Shown piece by piece: positions 60,828 through 64,000 of a stretch of 64,000 nucleotides of DNA; position 1 is the first letter of the stretch; every line of letters begins with the position of its first letter. Position numbers and translations under genes: made by a program. The DNA lies in assembly GCA_950097015.1 (NCBI GenBank), contig CATNEN010000037.1:1178001-1242000 (forward strand), given 5' to 3'. The notes under the pieces were generated by a model. That model saw only the letters and a list, made by a program, of their open reading frames with translations, was not told where the DNA came from and made no database searches. Source of the DNA: Macrostomum hystrix (Eukaryota; Animalia; Platyhelminthes).

Positions 60828-61603
60828 GACCTAAAGGTCTCAAAATCGATATATCGAGAATATTTTTTATTTAGATTACCGAAGATTGAATTTTGAGCAT
60901 TGAGTTCGCGATTTTTATTACTATAAGTAGTAAAAAGTGCTCAGATTTTCACTTTGCTAAGCAGATTTATTTTCAGAGAGAATATTTGAATAAAGAAAAC
61001 TTGAAAGATTTTGCATCTTCGATTTTTGATGACTTTTTTGGTTACATTCTCCCGCAAAACTTCTAAAGTTTGCTCATTCGTTGATGCATTTATCACGTTG
61101 GACAAGACAGGGCTTCAAAAATGATTTTACATTTATCTAAATTTCTGTCAAACAGAATGGCTAAAAACTGTTAACCTTAAATTAAGATCAGTGACTTTAC
61201 TAATTGAACTCAACTTTAAAAAAAGGCTGATACTTCGTATTTGATTGTGCACACGAGAGTATTTTCGACCTTTTATACTTGCAGGTGTACCTGCTAAACT
61301 TTAATAGTCAGATTTATTTAACACTTTGTTCATGCTCAACATCCATCATAATTCTACGCGTCTGTCTTTATTTCTGTTTTGCATGACTGAAATCAGTGAC
61401 TTAATAATAATAATAAAGTCGAAGATCAGTTACTACTTGTGAACAGTAGTTTGAGTGCGCATGTCTTCTTGTATTTATTTGAAGCAGTGTAACCACTGCC
61501 CCTAGCTTTGATCTGTTAAAACCCCTCTAATTGATGTAGGTACCAGCTAAAGTACCAAGCTAGTTCCCCCCTAATGCAAGTCCACTGGGGTGTTCAAGTA
61601 TAG

Positions 61604-61647
61604 AATCAAGGACAACTTAATAACAAGTTATTAAGTTGTCCTTGATT
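61604..61647. repeat. Inverted repeat with perfect 21-bp arms and a 2-nt spacer
   Basis: AATCAAGGACAACTTAATAAC-AA-GTTATTAAGTTGTCCTTGATT. Confidence 0.95.
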
Positions 61648-61656
61648 TAATCCTAA

Positions 61657-61791
61657 AGCTTGGCCCGGCTCACGAGATTGCAAACCTAAAACTGTTTACA
61701 GCAACTGTGACCATAGACTATATGCTTAATCGGCCTAGGCCGATTAAATAATAAATGCACAGAATTAATAGCCAATAGGCCGGGCCAAGCT
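61657..61791. mobile_element. Possible 135-bp MITE with 13-bp TIRs and an internal 22-bp perfect palindrome
   Basis: AGCTTGGCCCGGC (61657-61669) and GCCGGGCCAAGCT (61779-61791); TTAATCGGCCTAGGCCGATTAA at 61726-61747. Confidence 0.45.
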
Positions 61792-64000
61792 GGGGTTTAA
61801 ATGCACATTCACTAACTTCACAAAAGCTTCAAAAGCAAATGACCGAGTTTCATGAAAGTCCACCAAATGGATCGAAACTTTCCGCCCTTTATACTGTAAC
61901 TAATTTTCAAAGCCGCCCGAGTCAGAATCGTCTTGATTTTCAGCGATTCTTGTCAAAGACCCTGCAGTGACAAGGACTACTAGCATTGCTCTGTGTGAAC
62001 CTCTGTAAAATAATTAACTACGACGTACATAATCAATACAATGAAATCAATAATCAACACTTTCGTGGTTTTCGCCACCAGACACCCCGACGAGAATCGT
62101 TGAATATCTCGACGATGCCGATGTTTTGCGGTTCTAGAAGTTTTTTTATTGGGTAGAACGTAAAAATTTAGCCCACGTTCTGGATTTGAATGGTGATTGG
62201 CTGAATATTTTCGGAGATACTGAAAGAAGAAAACTGTGGGTAGCTGAAATGAGCCCCATGGAAATGAGCACACAGGAACAAGAGCTAACTGATTGAACCA
62301 AAGAGGCATGAGGAGGTTGGGATATCTGCCAGCGGATGACTGATCCCATCGCGCTTGGGCGGGGAAGGTGCAATACGTGTGCGTCAGCCGCGGGCCACAC
62401 AGGGACCTCGCGTTGTAGATTTGTTTAGCTGAACAAAACACACTTCGCTTCGCATTACACCTGCTCGCCCAACGCTCTGGGATATTTATCGATAGCCAAT
62501 CGCACCGTTTCACAGGCCTGTTGGGGAACTCGATGGGAAATTTCGGGCGCCGTCAATGTGTCTAGATGGCGCACATGTAATGTTGGTTGAGTTGAGCTGC
62601 TGGTAGGACTCTCGTCTGGCAGAGTTTCAAGCTCAAAGCGACTTTGGCCTGCAGGGCTCGCTTGTATTTGTATCAAATCGAGACGGTGGGTGGGGCTGCG
62701 CCAGCTTGAGGGGTGGGGCTGGCTTGAGGGGGCTTGAGCAGAGGTTGAGTCCCTTCTTGCACGCACTCGCAGGAATAAACGGAACGGAGAGAGAGGGAGG
62801 GCGGCGGAGAGCTGGTTCTGTGTGCTCAAACCAGCTCGACCATTTATTTTCTTATTCTTCTTCTCTCCTCTTGCCCGCTCCCATTGTTTGCCCGCAAGCC
62901 GATTGTGGGGTTGGCGTTCTCGATCAATATAATTGGTCTCCCTGCTGTGGCCTGTCTCAGCTCGGTGCGAGAGAGAGCATAATGGAATTTGGCCGGGGGG
63001 CTGCACAGAGGCACGCAGTGTTTTTAGCTCCGGTCTTAACCGGAACCCCTCAGCCCCACCCCCACCGTCCACCCCCTCCAAGCGGCGTCAACAGTCCCAG
63101 CTAGTCAGAAAGAATCATGAAAAGGCAGGCAGACACACAAAAGACCGTCATTGCATGCGACAAGATTGAGATGAGTTTCTGGCTGAATCAGAGGCTAGCT
63201 AGAGACATTGTAAACAGGTTGACTGCTTTTGGGCTATGCGGGTAAGCATAATTGCGGGGGCTATTGTTGTTGTTGCAACCCGAGTCTGCTAGCAGCTAGC
63301 ACAGGTGGCATTTGGGGGCTATTGTGCAGCAATCTGAGTCGGCGGGCATAAATAAATTTATTTCTCGAAGCATTGAAGCAGCATTAATTCCAGTACTCGG
63401 AATGAATGCGGCATTGTGCTGCACTCAGCTGACTCCACCTGTGTAACTAAGGCGGTAGAACAGCATTGCTTGTTAATTTAGCCCTGGCCATCGTCCACTC
63501 TGGAATGAAAGATGGTGTGCTACACAACTCAGGTGTAAAAGGTTGAGACGCCGTGGAATTCGCAATGTAAGAGATGCGTTTTCGCCACTGTCTCGGCGCA
63601 TGCCGTATGCATCCTTGTCTAACGAGTAAAAACTCGTCCAAGACCTGGTCATTTTTGCGGAGAGATGAGAATGAAAACTAGAATGATTTGAGAAGAGCTG
63701 CCTGCTTAAACTGCATCCATTTTCTTTATTAATTTGTCTGGGCTCAAGATAGGAGCAGGTAGTCGAAACTGAATTCTAAACCTGTTGCCTGAGTATGCTG
63801 CGTTTAAAATATCAAGCTTCTTTTCTATTTGTTACAACTTATGACTCTTACAGCCAGATTTCCCATTCACATAGACCCTTGGACCCTAATGTGTACCTGC
63901 GTCTGTGCAAGGCTCTCTATCTCTGTAGATTTGTTTGAAAGAAGCAAGCGATGCTCTGTGAAGTAAAGGCATATTTGAGAAACAGAAAACAGAAAAAAGC

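Noticed and set aside
61980-63641. ORFs of 64-208 aa in the GC-rich block near the right end
   Set aside because: No recognisable motifs, and overlapping ORFs on both strands; may be promoter/UTR sequence of a gene outside the window, but this cannot be supported here.

Overview
Eukaryotic (animal) genomic DNA. GC-rich, poly-Q-containing exons, short GT-AG introns and dense unrelated minisatellites are compatible with a free-living flatworm such as Macrostomum (inference only). Roughly 20 kb (~30%) of the window is tandem arrays from at least 16 families with 8-74 bp periods; these generate most long ORFs in the track, which are not genes. Mobile DNA: an internally deleted Helitron at the left edge, a complete but frameshifted Ty3/Gypsy LTR retrotransposon (3989-8449, ACTAG TSD), tRNA-derived CORE-like SINEs and MITE-like elements. 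Host genes: a candidate death-fold + TRADD-N-like adaptor (10.4-11.6 kb); an intronless class A GPCR; a four-exon, ~2027-aa stonin (stoned B/UNC-41) that carries a Stoned-A-like motif and a large Tyr/Gln/Gly-repeat first exon; a Fer3/FERD3L-type bHLH whose basic region is split by a 4-kb satellite-filled intron; a poly-Q PAR/NFIL3-type bZIP; and one or two unidentified low-complexity genes. Top leads are the TRADD-N-like protein, the stonin architecture, and the Fer3 gene bracketed by two homologous 30-bp arrays.
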